From assembly GCA_040357565.1 (NCBI GenBank), contig JBDODJ010000099.1: a stretch of 41,480 nt of DNA; one strand, written 5' to 3'. The translations under genes and the position numbers were made by a program. Each line of letters opens with the position of its first letter. Within the stretch, counting starts at the first letter, position 1. Source of the DNA: Cercozoa sp. M6MM (taxonomy: Eukaryota; Protista; Endomyxa: Ascetosporea). The notes under the pieces were generated by a model. It was given only the letters and a program-made list of their open reading frames with translations. It was not told where the DNA came from and searched no databases. Positions 25,362 to 37,716 of this stretch are shown here, in pieces.

Positions 25362-25775
25362 GTGCCAGGCGGCCGCCTTCGTTTCCACCGCATTTCGGCC
25401 TGAAACCCAACGAACGCAAATTGGGTTCTGCTTTTCTGCTGAGTTCTAAGTCACATTATCATTTAGTACAATTATGTTCAGTAACGTTCGTGTGGATCTT
25501 AAAGCATTCAATCGAGAGGCTCCCTGTTCTGATTTGGAACGTCAAAGCTGCTGGGTGCACGCTGATAGCACTCATAGTAACTAAGCGTGATGTCAACAAA
25601 GTAAACCGGGGCTCGCCCTTTATTTCTAACGTAGAACCCGAATCGAACGCGGCGCGACGCCAGCGAACCAATCGAATCGAACGCCTGAAGGCACAGCTCC
25701 ACTCAGTGTCCAAAGCGTGCCGCTAAGCGAACTCATGCAGTAAGACGGGCTGCTTCAGCTGAGTTGGAAACGCGA

Positions 25776-28249
25776 CTACTCGTCGGCGAGAGGCACGCAG
25801 CGACTGCCAGGCAGAGGTACACCTGCACATACACATACCAACGTTAAAGGTGGCTACAATATCACACACGACCCAGGAGGCTACCGTTCTTGGCGTAAAC
25901 ATGCGGATTGTACACGCAGATCTCTTGCACGATGAGATCCCTCAACTCCTGCATTCAACACACGTCCGGTATAGCAGCGGAAAGGGGGGGGGGGGGTAGA
26001 GGGGAATACCTCGATCGGAATGTTGCGGTCCTCGAACTCGAACGGAATCGGCTCGTGGATCTGCTCCATCTCAGGGTCGCGCACGTCCGCCAGGTACGGG
26101 TGCACCAGTGCGCCTGCCAAAGAATACAAAGGGTACAAAGGGTACCAGGGGAGGGAGAGGTGTGAGATTACCATCAACATCGATACGTCGACGCGGGTCA
26201 AAGGTCAGAAGTTTTTCCAGCAAGTCATAGGCACGCTCGTCGCAGGCTACAGCAGTCAGTCACACTTACCCCTTTCTTCCCCTCAGGTTAAACCACTTCC
26301 CCTGCACTTTTTTACCAGGATAGACCTCGCTCCAAGGACGACGCGGTCGCGGTCGCTTGCGTCGAATGTAGGACTGTACACACACACGTTAGGTAACACA
26401 CCCCTTTAACTAAAATCGAATGTATAGGGAGGTACCCTTGCTTTAACACCCAGGAAGGAGATCTCATCGTCTGATGGTGTGCCTGTACCAGGGAGGAGGG
26501 GATAAAGGGATGAGTATCCAGGAGAGGGAGATCAGACTCACCCAGTATGTCAAAGATGACGTCGAGCTGATCGCGTCGCGACGACGACGCATCCGGGTCC
26601 TGACTGAGCGGGAAGCACGCGCCGCCCGGGAACTACTCCAAGGTACGGGTAGTAAGAGGGAGGTACACGTGCGTACTACGGCGGTAGCACAACACTACCA
26701 AAGGCTCGCGCAGTGCCGGATCGGGCAGACACGTCTGTTGCATGGCGAGCAGTTCCCCGAGAATACATCTAACACACGGAGCATGCATGATGGGGGGGGG
26801 GGCATTAGGGACATGGAAGCGGTAAAGGCTACCCAACACTCCACATATCCACCGCCGTGTCGTAGTTCTTGTCGAGTACAATCACTTCCGGTGCACGGTA
26901 CCACCTGGGGAGGGGGTAAGGGGGTAAAAGGGTAAAGTACGCAGAAAGCTACCTCGTGACAACGTGTTTCGTCAGTTGCCGCTGCAGCGACGGCATCGAC
27001 TCCTCTGTCACACACACATCTTTTTCTTTTACTTCCTCTACTCTCCAGTTGTGCTGTACCTTCGTGATCTTCCTCTTGCTGTTCGCGCTGCATACGGAGG
27101 GGGGTAAGTAGGATAGAAGAGGGTACGGGGGGGGGGGGCAAAATGGGAAGAAGCAACGTGTACTTGCAGCTGCTCGATGATGCGCTGCTCCTCGAGCTGC
27201 TGCGACGACTGCGACGCCGACGGCGATGAATTCAGTCCGCGTGACAACCCGAAATCGCAGATCTACCGAACACACCCAGAAATCCCTTATTTTGTTTGAT
27301 TGCTTAAAAGAAAGAGACCTTGACGGTGCAGTTCTCGTTGACGAGAATGTTGGCAGGCTTCATGTCGCGGTGCACGATGCCGGAGGAGTGCATGTACTTG
27401 AGACCAAGCAGCATCTGGTACAGCATGTACTGCACGTGCAGGTTGCCAAAAAACTGCGCAGACGTGATCAGTTTCGACAGGTCCGTGTCGACGAACTCAA
27501 ACACCATGAACAGTCTGCGGGGGTAAGGAAGCAAAAGGTTAAAGGAAGGTAACAGAGGGGTAGGGGGATAAAACTACGTGTTAAAAGTGGCCAGATCGGC
27601 CGGTGGCAACAAATCGAGCATGGACACGATGCACTCGTGATCTCGCATCAGTCGCAGAATGCGCATCTCACTACGCACATACTCACTCACAAGAGTCTTC
27701 CAATTTAAGTGTCTACTCAAACAGGGCTACCGAAGCAATCGTTTCGCGTCCACTTCGTTCAGAAAGACATTCGGCACCTTCTTGATGGCCACTCGCATGC
27801 CTGAGCTCACACTCGCATGCACCAAGTCAGTGAAAGTAAAGGGTAAATAGTGTACCATCCGAGATGCGAACAGCCTCAGCAACGTGGCCATAGCTGCCAT
27901 GTCCGAGGTACCGCTTGAAACGGTATTTTCCACACAGCATCTGCGGGATCAAGAGTGAAACTCATCGAAAGCAAAGCGGTCAAGTTTTGGGGTCACCTCA
28001 TCCGTGAACTCCGAGTAACCACGCTGCATATGGTGCGCCAGCGACGCACCTGCTTCACAGAGCAAATATCAGACTCACCAAATCTGTAGCACTACCTTTT
28101 GACACTTTAAAAACGCACCTGCATCGCCAAAACGCGGCGATGCGATCGGCGTCATTCCGCCCGGCTGCAGAAAAACCAAAAATCGTAAAAAATGGCGTCA
28201 TCGTCTCTGGTGACAGCCACGGGAAATTGGGGCTTACCTGGGGTGGCAT
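25776..28249 (-). CDS. Atypical MAP kinase of the Pfmap-2/alveolate MAPK2 type (TKH activation motif); 18 introns
   Basis: [99 protein letters not shown]. Alternative start at 28155. Confidence 0.93.
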
Positions 28250-28598
28250 ATGGGATCTAGACACTCCTGCACAAGCCTGCTTCCCCCGTGACCTCAGAAA
28301 CAGAAGCGGCTAGGCGTCAGGTGTTGAGGCGACGACGGCCTGATGTACTATTTCCCGCACACGGGATAATAATACGCTATCAACTGTAGCGGGAGCGTAC
28401 TGCACAATGCTAGTCACAGTCGAATTCAGGTCAAACAGCGATCGCTGCTCCTTGGGCTCCGCGGACAGCGTTTGATTATTGAGCCGACAAATAATGGTCT
28501 GTTTTGGGCTCAGAAAAAATATGGTACTGTATAACAGTACTGTAATTCCTGTGTTCGCATTACAGGCCAGCGTGTGTGCGCACAGAAGAGCAGCTTTC

Positions 28599-31500
28599 AT
28601 GTCGCGACTCCTGGGGACGCTGGACGAAGCGGAGGACATTCCGCTGGAGGTCAGCAGCGATGAGGGTGCACATCTATTTGTTTGTTTTTTTTTTGCCAGT
28701 GAAGCACCGTAGTTGACACGTGGGTCGATCCTCTTGTGTGTTCTGAGCAGAGGAGTTTAACTCTGACTTGGAGGCGTACGAGGTGCGTGAGAAACGTGCC
28801 AAGCAGGACCTAAAGCAGGATGCCGATGATGACTTCTTTGATGGCCTCGATGCTGACCACGAGAAACGCCAGGATGTGACGCGATCCGACAAGACAGTCG
28901 AAGCTGAGTCCGAGTCTCAACAGGAACAGGAAGGACCTGCTGAGATCTTCACATCGATCAAGCAGAAGGTTGCGAAGCTTGCACAGAAGGTTAGTTCTTT
29001 AAAGCACTCACACAGTTGCAACCCTCCGCGCGGAAGGTTTTCAATATCTGTGCAGGAAGAAACGTCTCTTGCTACCGAAGAGAGTGAGGCAGCCTCAGAA
29101 GAGACTCAACGACGCGAGAATGAACTTGCAGAGGTTCGCAAGGCGCGTCGACGCGCTGCCAAAACCGTGCGTTGCGTTTCTCGAGTTTTTTTTTTTTTTG
29201 TGTTTTCGTGCTTTTGGTGTGTTTTGTCAAAGTGGAAAAAACCTGATGTACCACAGACCACATGGTCGGCTCTCGCACTCTGTCCGGCACTTCTGAAGGC
29301 GATTCGTGACCAGGGCTTCCTGCGTCCCACTCCGGTAGTGCTTAGTACTTGTGTAGATTGTCTCTGGTGGATTCTTCATTTTGCGTGTTCTGGGACAGGT
29401 GCAAGCTGCTGCGATTCCGCGTGTCTTGGAAGGCAACGTAAGTTTCGTTTTGAGCCTTCTCACTGTGTGTATCTTACTGGTGCTTGACTGATGCTTGACT
29501 GGTGTTTGATTAACAGAGGGACGTTGTTGCGCACGCTGTCACTGGCAGTGGCAAGACCGCCGCCTTTGTGCTCCCGGTGCTGGAGCGCTTGTTGCGTGCT
29601 GATCCGCAGGGCAGGTGACTTTACCCCTCCTTCCACCCCGCCTGTTTGTTCCTCTATACGTCACTTTTTATTGGAGCAGACTACAAATGACGCGCTGTCT
29701 GATTGTACTGCCGACGCGAGAACTGGCGGCGCAGTGTTGCGATGTGGTACGCTTTCTTTGTGTATATTTGTGTATGTGTCTATGTATGTGTATATTTGTG
29801 TATGTATATGTATATTTGTGTATGTGTCTATGTATGTGTTAGATCACGTCGCTGGCCAAATATACGAAGCTGCAGTCTGCACTTGTGGTAGTCTTTACCC
29901 CCCCCCCCCCCCGTTTACCCCTAATATGACCCTCCTTTACCCTCTTCCCCCTGTGCAGGTGGGCGGTCTCTCGATGCAGCAGCAGGCAGCACAGCTGAGG
30001 CAGCGACCTGCCATTGTTGTTGGCACGCCGGGTCGACTGATCGACCACCTGCGCAACACTGTAGTCTGGCCTGTTTTATCCCCCTTTACCCACTTACCCC
30101 CTCCGCCCCACACAGGAAGGTTTTGATTGCGACGATGTGGCGCACCTCGTTCTCGACGAAGCCGATCGTCTTCTCGCTATGGTATGAGACTTTTGGTGTG
30201 GGGAAGTAAGGGGTATAGACACCTCGTGTGCTCGCAGGGTTTCGCCAAGGAGCTGCAGGAATTGCTGCGCCACCTTCCGCGCGGACGGCAGAACCTTTTG
30301 TTTTCAGCAACGATCACTAGAGAGGTCGAGGCGCTCGCCAAGCAGGCGCTGCAGGATGCCGTGCTTGTCAAGGTGCAAATCCTTTTTTATTTCCTCCCCA
30401 GCACAGTACGCATGTGTGATCAGGTCGATGCCTTGTACGACGTGGCCGACGCTTTAACGCAAGAGGTAGGGGCTACAGGGGGGTAGGGGGTAAAGATACT
30501 TCTGTCTGTGTAGGTCGTGCGTGTCAAGTTGCCAGAGGAGAAGGTGACGTCGTCGCACATCATGGGCCGCCAGGAACAGGTAACTCTACCCTTTACCCTT
30601 TACCCCTGTTACCCCTGTTCCCCCTGTTTCCCCCCTCCCCCAGGTGATTCGCGAGGCCACTGCTTTGGCGCTGGTGCGGCATCCCAACGCTGGCTACTCG
30701 CGTCGCACCATCGTGTTCTGTCCTACCAAGGCTGCTTGCGTACCTTTGTCCCTACCCCTTCACCGCCCTTTATCCTCCACCCCTTAGCGTACTTTATTCC
30801 TTGTTATCTACCTAGCACCGCTTGGCGATCTTGTTTGAAATGGCGGGTCTCAAGGCGGCCGAATTGCATGGTAGATTCCCCTGCCCCTTCACCCTCTACC
30901 CCTACCCTCTTGCGTAGGCGCTTTGACGCAGCAGATGCGTCTAGATGCCGTTCGTGCTTTCGATCGTGCCGAGGCGGATTTCTTGTAGGCATACTTTTAC
31001 ACCCCCCCCCCCTCTTTGACCCTTACCCCCTTACCCCCGTCCCAGGCTCTGCACGGACGTGGCGGCCCGTGGCCTCGACCTGCCCGGTGTGCACGCGGTA
31101 GTGTCCATGGTGATGCCGCGCGAGATCACTGTACGTCCTCTGTTACCCCCCCCCCCCACCACCTGTACTACTGTTGCATGCAGACCTACATTCATCGTGC
31201 CGGTCGTACTGCTCGTGCTGGTATGTAACCCTTACTCCCATCCCTCTGCCCTTTACCCCCTTTGCCCCCTTTGCCCCCGTTACCCCTTTGCCCTCTTTAC
31301 CCCTTGCCTCCTTTGCCCCCTTTACCCCCTTTACCCCCTTTACCCCTAGGTCTGCGCGGCAAAAGCTGCGTCATCATTGGCGATCGGCAGGCACACGAGC
31401 GCAAGCACCTCAAGCAGCTGCTCAAGACGGCCAAGTCGCCGATCCAGGTGCGCAAGATTCCGGGCAAGGTGCTGCAGCAGAACGCCGCCTGGGTCAAGTC

Positions 31501-32566
31501 CAACGAGGCCGTGAGTTTCTCACCCCCGACCCCCTTACCCCGACCCCCTTACCCCCTCCCGGTGTCTGCGCAGAACGTGAAGGAGGTGCTACAGATGGAG
31601 CGACTCGAGAAGCAGCTGCAGCGAGCCGAAATGGAGGCTCTCAAGGCGCAGAACATGATCGAACACAAGGTGCATTTCTCTTGTGTTTTTGTTGTTGTTG
31701 TTTCTGTGTGAAAAACAACAACATGTACTCTCGTGACATGTGTAGGACGAGATTCTTTCGCGTCCCAAACGCACCTGGTTCCAGAATGCCAAGGAGATCC
31801 GCGAGGACAAACAGGTACCAGAGGGGTAAAGGGGGATAAGGGGTAAAGGAGGGTAAAACACTGTACCAACGCAGAAGCGCCGCGACTCTCGCCACGTGAC
31901 CGAAAGCGTCGCCTCGGAAGTCGCCGGACTGACCGCCAAAAGCACCGGCACCTCGCGGCCGTCCAAGCGACCCGAGCAAGACGCCGGTGAGTTTTACCCT
32001 CCCCCATGTTACCCTCCCCATGTACCTCCCTGTTACCGACAACTATGGGCGCAGACAAGTACTCGTACAAGGAGCTGTGGCAGCGCGAGGCGCGTGACAT
32101 TGCCTTCCTGGCACCCGAGAAAAGCAAGAAGCCGAAGCGACCGCGTGTCGATGTCGAGGCTGCCTTGGACGCCGAGTTCGATCCAGGTACTGCCTTACCC
32201 TCCCCCCTCCCCCCAGGGTTAACAAAAGGAAGTGCATGTGTCGTAGCCACTGCCGAACCGGCCAGCAAGCGTTTCCAGCGAGCCGAAAGAAACCGCTTCG
32301 ACAACAAAAAGACGCGAAACGTCGAAGCTCTCGACGAGGTAGAAGAGCCTTCTCCCGCTGTATGCTCCCCTACCCCCCGGAGTACAGGACGAAGTGCTGC
32401 GGTTCGATGCGGCCGAACTGGCGCAGATCGCGAAGCGTGCGCGACAGTGCGTTTCTGCTTGTGTCTGTGTGACTGTGTGGACGATCCCTTCATCTTGTGC
32501 CTACGCAGGAAGCAGAAGGGAAGCGGTGCTTTCAAGAGCAAGAAGCGCTACCGACGACGCAAGTAG
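28599..32566 (+). CDS. DDX27: DEAD-box RNA helicase DDX27/Drs1 (60S biogenesis)
   Basis: Q motif [63 protein letters not shown]; family-specific [22 protein letters not shown] and terminal [11 protein letters not shown]. Confidence 0.95.
29759..29839. repeat. TG/TA-rich tandem repeat in a DDX27 intron
   Basis: tgtatatttgtgtatgtgtctatgtatgtg occurs twice, with a partial copy between. Confidence 0.8.
31221..31349 (+). repeat. Intron filled with (CCCCTTTA/CCCCTTTG)n telomere-like repeat
   Basis: GT..AG intron between RAG and LRGK of DDX27, consisting almost wholly of ccccttta/cccctttg units. Confidence 0.9.
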
Positions 32567-33061
32567 ATTTAAGAGCAAGGATCGCTTCAGTTTTAAATTC
32601 GTTTCAGTTGGTTGTTACCGTACGGCATAGCGTATGGTTATGAAGGATTTTATTTTGCTCGCTATCTCCTGCATTACCGTTACATACTGAGACTTCTACC
32701 TTGCATAGTCAAGTGTTGGTTGTGCAGACCTCCTTAGCTCGGGTCAAGCTTTCTACAGCTCGCGCACTTTGACTGCAGGTACCTCTGATCCAGCTTACTT
32801 CTACGGAGCTTCGTCCCTTCGCACCCGATACGTTCCGCCGTGATGATGCCTGGGCTGATTTAATTGACTTCAATAAAGCGTCCAAGCTTTCGACGAATTG
32901 ATCGAATATCTTATACGGTACGATACGATATTCGTTTCGGTTCCAGGGCGGTCGGGTTCCATTACCGTACGATGGTGTTTAAGCGCTGCGAAATGCAACG
33001 ATTGAATACTGTAAACGAAATTATCGTAAAGGGCGTCGCGTCGTATATTGTGCGGTCGAGC

Positions 33062-36000
33062 TCAATTAAAATTGCTGTCGCTTCGGCTGTACTCGTTCTG
33101 CGACGTTTGGTGCTGCTTCTGCTGTTGCTGCGTCAAGATCGATTGCTGCAGGAACATGCGGCGCAGTCGCACTGGCAAGTGCACAATGCGCGGCATTGCT
33201 TGCGACTAATTTACAATCCACAAGGGTTGTGCAGAAAACGAATCCAAGCTGAGGTGTCAGGTGCTCCAAGAACTAATGTTATACCAGCCAGCCGAGGACG
33301 TGTGCGCCTTTAATGCGCACTGTGTACTTCTATGCAAGCAGAGGAAATAGCGACAATGCACATGAAGACAGCAGGAATGTGTGTGCCGCACCTGATCGCT
33401 GTGACGCTCGTAGTCGGAATTTCGCAACGAAAACAGGGACGACAGGTGCGTGTCTCCTTCTCTGCTCAAAGTAAACGACATAAATGTCCTCACAAGACAT
33501 TTTCCAACCCTGTTTATGACATATGATCCTACTTGACTCTGTCGAGACAACTGCGAATGTCAATATCCTGCTCGTCAGTTTGCACATCATAGCTCACGTT
33601 GCGGGCCACCTGTGCATCATCCAAAACCTCGTGTGAATGAAGGTTGCCAGAGTGTAAAAGCTTACCAAGAGTGCAACTTTGTAGGTCGACAAAAGCGGTT
33701 CGATTGAGAGGCTGCGAAGCACTTGCAGTTCCTACAGCCAGTGTTTATGCGTGTGTTTGTGTGTGTGTGCGTATGTTTGAGTGTGTGTGTTTGTGTGTGG
33801 GGGTACAGTAGCATCGCCTGCTGCAAGCACCAGCTGCTGTTGCAACACTACGCAAACCCAAAGCAAACAGGTCTTAGGTCTTTTCTTGCTAGAAACGCAA
33901 TGTAGCTGTACTACCTTCATACTCGGCACCATCATCTTCTTCTTGCGGATCGTGCTGAACAGACCAAAGCGAGATAAAGCAGACAGGGCTGTACAGGTAA
34001 AAAAGGTCAAAAGTCAGTTTACATGAATCGTGTCCAGCTGCTGCAGTAGCCACTCTGCTGCCGAGTCACCATCTTCGCCACTGTCGTGCCCACGCTCTAG
34101 CTGTTTTCGCAAATACGCATCCCTTCTGTGCACAGTTGGCACACAGGAGTAGGGATCCCCGCGCATAAGAATTTTTAAAAAAAACTGGAGTTTACAAGTC
34201 ATCCGTAAGTGTGTCGACACGAAGTCCATTTGCGATCGTATCCAATCTTCAATATCCATTATTTGTTAACGCATTGGGCCAAGGCAGAAGGTTCGAACGC
34301 AGATAATTTACAGTGACACATCGAACCACGAACGCGAAATGTCGACCTAAGGAAAACATGGGAAATGGAGAATCGGGTGGTAAAAGGGAAGCGGCAAATG
34401 GTATTTTACCCGCATCACCTCCATCTGCACGGTGATTTTGAGTTTCTGGATGTTCTGCACCACAGGAGGCAGCTCATGCACAGGAGGCGGTGGTGTGATC
34501 AATGGCGCGTAGGAAGCGCGGTAGCCACTGATCACCAACAGATATAATTTCAGATAATTTATCGCACTGGAGCATGGATAGGTACGGCGGTGCGTTGAAG
34601 AACGGAAGGGCAGGCGGCGGATTGAAGCCTCCTGACATCGCAGCGGGAGCAGGAAAGCGAAACGTGTGTTGCCTCGGAAGGTTTCCTGCTGAGCACCGCA
34701 CTCATACAGTAAACACGCCAACTTGCAGAGGTAGATTTACACAGCAAGGTACCCAAGTCAGGAGCAAACTGGTAGTTGCCGTAGCTGTTCCTCGGGTTAT
34801 TGTTGACAATATTGTTGGCGCCGCTGTTGGTGTTGTTGGCATCGCTGACGCTGATATTAGACAGTGTGAACTGCACCTGCTGCCACTCGGCAGTCTTGTT
34901 AAAGTACTGCCGCAGACGGTTCAGATGTTCCGCCCACGCTTGTTCCACCTTGGCCATCTGCGCACATATTTGTACGGAACGGTCGATTCAACGCACATCT
35001 TTTAAGCAATGTGCATGTCCCCTTTACGCACCTCATTGATAATCTCGGCCATGCGAGTTTTCACTGCCACGAATGCCTACACCACACATACGCGTGTGCT
35101 CAGGGGTGTACTTGAAAATTCAAATTTACTTCTCGAATCTCGTCGGAAGCGTACTCCAGCGCTCTTGCTGCCACCTTAACGTTGAGGATTCTCTGCGCAA
35201 TTGACAGTAGATTTCTCACTTGCATCCACACAATCAGGGGACAACTACCTCCATGCGTTTCACTGTGCTTTGCACCACAGAGTTACGCATTTGCTCCTCC
35301 TGGTATATTTTACAAACACACATCGGGTCGTATTTTTACGTCAAGCAATGTAGTACCTGCATGACGACACGCAGGTTTTCATACATCGTCTCGTCCATCT
35401 CTCTGCCTTCCACTGTGGCCACCAAAGAAATTCTCTCAGTATGCGTTATGGGTGACAACTGAAGGCAAAGGGATACCAAAATTCTCTTGAAACAATTCGA
35501 GATGCATGATGGGAACCAAGTCGTGCCAGAACACGTCCTTGTGTTCATCCTTTGTTTACAAATGTGGTTATGAGTCAATGTGTATTTACGTGCGTACAAA
35601 CCAAAAAGTACTGAATCTAAATTTACCAAGTATTCGCAGGCTTTGATAATCTCGTTCAACGAGATTACAAATTCCATCTGTATTTTCAAGGTAGGATTGC
35701 ATTATTTACTTGTAAGGTACTGAAAAAAGATTAGTTTTACATGGTGTGTTGCACGTAAAGTAGCGCGAAGTGCCTGAAGGATCACGGTGTCCGCTGCCTT
35801 CTTCTCCATTTTCGGACCTTGTGTTGTTGTTCCGGGGCCGGCTAATCCCGGAAAGATAACGCAAACTCGCAGACACCTTTTCAGAATCAAGAAAGTTACC
35901 TGATCCCAGCAAAGGAGGGCGAGCAGCTCGTTCAATCTCTTTCTCTGCCTGCGCATACACAGTTGTGAGTGACCTTAGGTGACAACACAAGCGACAAACA

Positions 36001-37716
36001 ACGGAATCACCTGAACGTCGATGTTCATCGTGACGCGTGCAAGTTTCGACGAGACGTTCTGGAGCGCTTGTGCATCTCGTTGCAACTAAAAAAGTGCACA
36101 AAAATCTTGGGTCAACGTGCCAATATAAATGCAATCGTAAAGCTAGGTGCCACAACCGAAGCAAATGTACGCACTGCTCGGCCATCTCGCGCGTGATGTC
36201 GACAAACGAAATCAAGCGCTTGACTTGTGCCTTCCTCTGCTGTCGCAACATGTGTAACCATGTTTGCAGAGTCCGTGCCCTCGTGATTCTATGTATGTGA
36301 CGAACTTATGTGCGACACAACTCAACCACGAGGTCCATGCACCTCTTCTGCTTGTCTTCGAGGTAAAGTGCCCAGTCAGACGGCGTCATTGTCACAGGCA
36401 TGAACTGCAGGACGTCCAAAAAGTGTTGACTCATAATAGGTCTGTGGCTTTCTTCACTCAAAACACAGGATACTTGTGCAGCAGAGTCGACTGTAGGAAT
36501 GCTAACGAAGCGGAGAATAGACTTCGCTTCCAGAAGACTGCTGCAACTGATGCTCTAAGCAGACACAGGAGTTCTTCCATAAATATTTAAAAACGGCTGT
36601 GCATAGAGGGGTACCTCGCACATGTGCAGCATAGTCTCTGTCTCACGGCGGTTGCCATACACGGTCCACTGTCGAAAAGCTTCTTCCTCTGCCTCTGCTG
36701 TCGTTGTCTATTAAGCATATCAATTGCCTGGCTTGTGATCCTCAAGTAAGAGTCTGGCCGAGTTCGGATACCTCTCCCGATAAACGACTCTCACGAGCGG
36801 CATGATACCGATTGCGGTAAAGAGTGTACTGTCCAGGAAAACAAACGTTTTGTCCAAAATGAACTGACCAAAGTTGAAAGGAATCAAACGGCTTCGAGGC
36901 GAGTCATTGGAATTTGTGATTCCGGCAGGGTTGATGGTAGTTCTGCGAGGTCTGAAAGCCACTGGCGCGCTTGCTGCAGAGAGAGTTGATGACTGGGTAA
37001 GGGGGAGCAAGCATATTTCATACCTGAAGCCGGGTGGCACGCTCGTCGGTGAGTTTTCTCGGCGCAACTGAGTGCAAGACCGTTCGGTACTAAATTTGTG
37101 ACGCAGCAAAAGGCGATAGGAAAATGTGGAAAGCTGAGGTGAAGAAATTGATACAGCATCGCTCAGTCGACGGCCAGATGGCCAGGCAGTTGCGTTGAGC
37201 GGTAGCAAACCCTCGTCGGCGAGTCTGGCTTCACTCTACACATTTCCGTCAGCAGCGCCAATCGAAAAGAAACTCTCGGGAAAATCGTGACGTGGACCCC
37301 ATGTTTGTAAATTATACCTCTTGGACGTTTAGCGGCTTTCGCACACTCAATGTGTCGTACACGTAATCATCCACATTTAGCTGCAGCACAGGCGACTCGA
37401 TTTGGAGCGACAGCTGTAAAATACAGATTCACCTTGAAGCTTCTCCGGACCGGTCAATGAAAAGGAGAGAGGACACCTTTTCCATACCGACGGTGTTCGT
37501 GCCAAACACCACCTTTTTGAGAGCTGCATGAAGAGCATCGACTGGCGAGTCGTAAGTTTCCTCCGACTTCGAGCTCTCTTCAGTGTCCTGTTGCTGTTGT
37601 TGTTGTTGTTGCGGCAACTGCACGTTCTGCCCTTCTTGCACTGGAATCACTTGGGGAGGCGGGTTGAGATGCTGCTGCTGTTCCTGCTCTGCCTTGTGCT
37701 TCTTGCGCCGAAACAT
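33062..37716 (-). CDS. Uncharacterised protein 'A', paralogue of the divergently transcribed gene at 38422
   Basis: ATG at 37716, Gln-rich N-terminus. Spliced: LSLQIESPVLQLNVDDYVYD...KPLNVQESEARLAD...SGRRLSDAYRTVLHSVAP...QARQWL...TRLEAYTLYRNRY...FRQWTVYGNR...LLEAKSILRF...FMPVTMTPSDWA...WQQVQFTLS...ITVQMEVMRVDISRSWFDVSL. 3' end is less certain. Confidence 0.75.

Noticed and set aside
24548-25726. 392-aa ORF as a single protein
   Set aside because: Chimera of CSTF2 exons, introns, a shifted frame and 3' flank.
28232-28275. CTTACCTGG resembling the U1 snRNA 5' end
   Set aside because: It is the reverse complement of the MAPK first donor (CAG|GTAAG); no U1 loops or Sm site follow.
25949-32390. 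Introner transposon family
   Set aside because: Introns share composition but no alignable sequence, TIRs or TSDs.
31549-32541. 330-aa minus-strand ORF and similar antisense ORFs
   Set aside because: Antisense shadows of GC-rich exons of DDX27 and other genes; no independent motifs.
13788-32566. Non-canonical splice boundaries
   Set aside because: All junctions checked in NOL10, ABCG, MAPK and DDX27 resolve as GT-AG.
32564-32572. Genome-wide reassignment of UAG to a sense codon
   Set aside because: DDX27 ends with TAG exactly at its conserved C-terminus, and I found no in-frame TAG in the exons I traced in the other conserved genes; only the CSC1 case remains open.
34275-34305. GGTTCGAA as a tRNA T-loop
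   Set aside because: No cloverleaf stems; lies within the intron/exon region of gene A.
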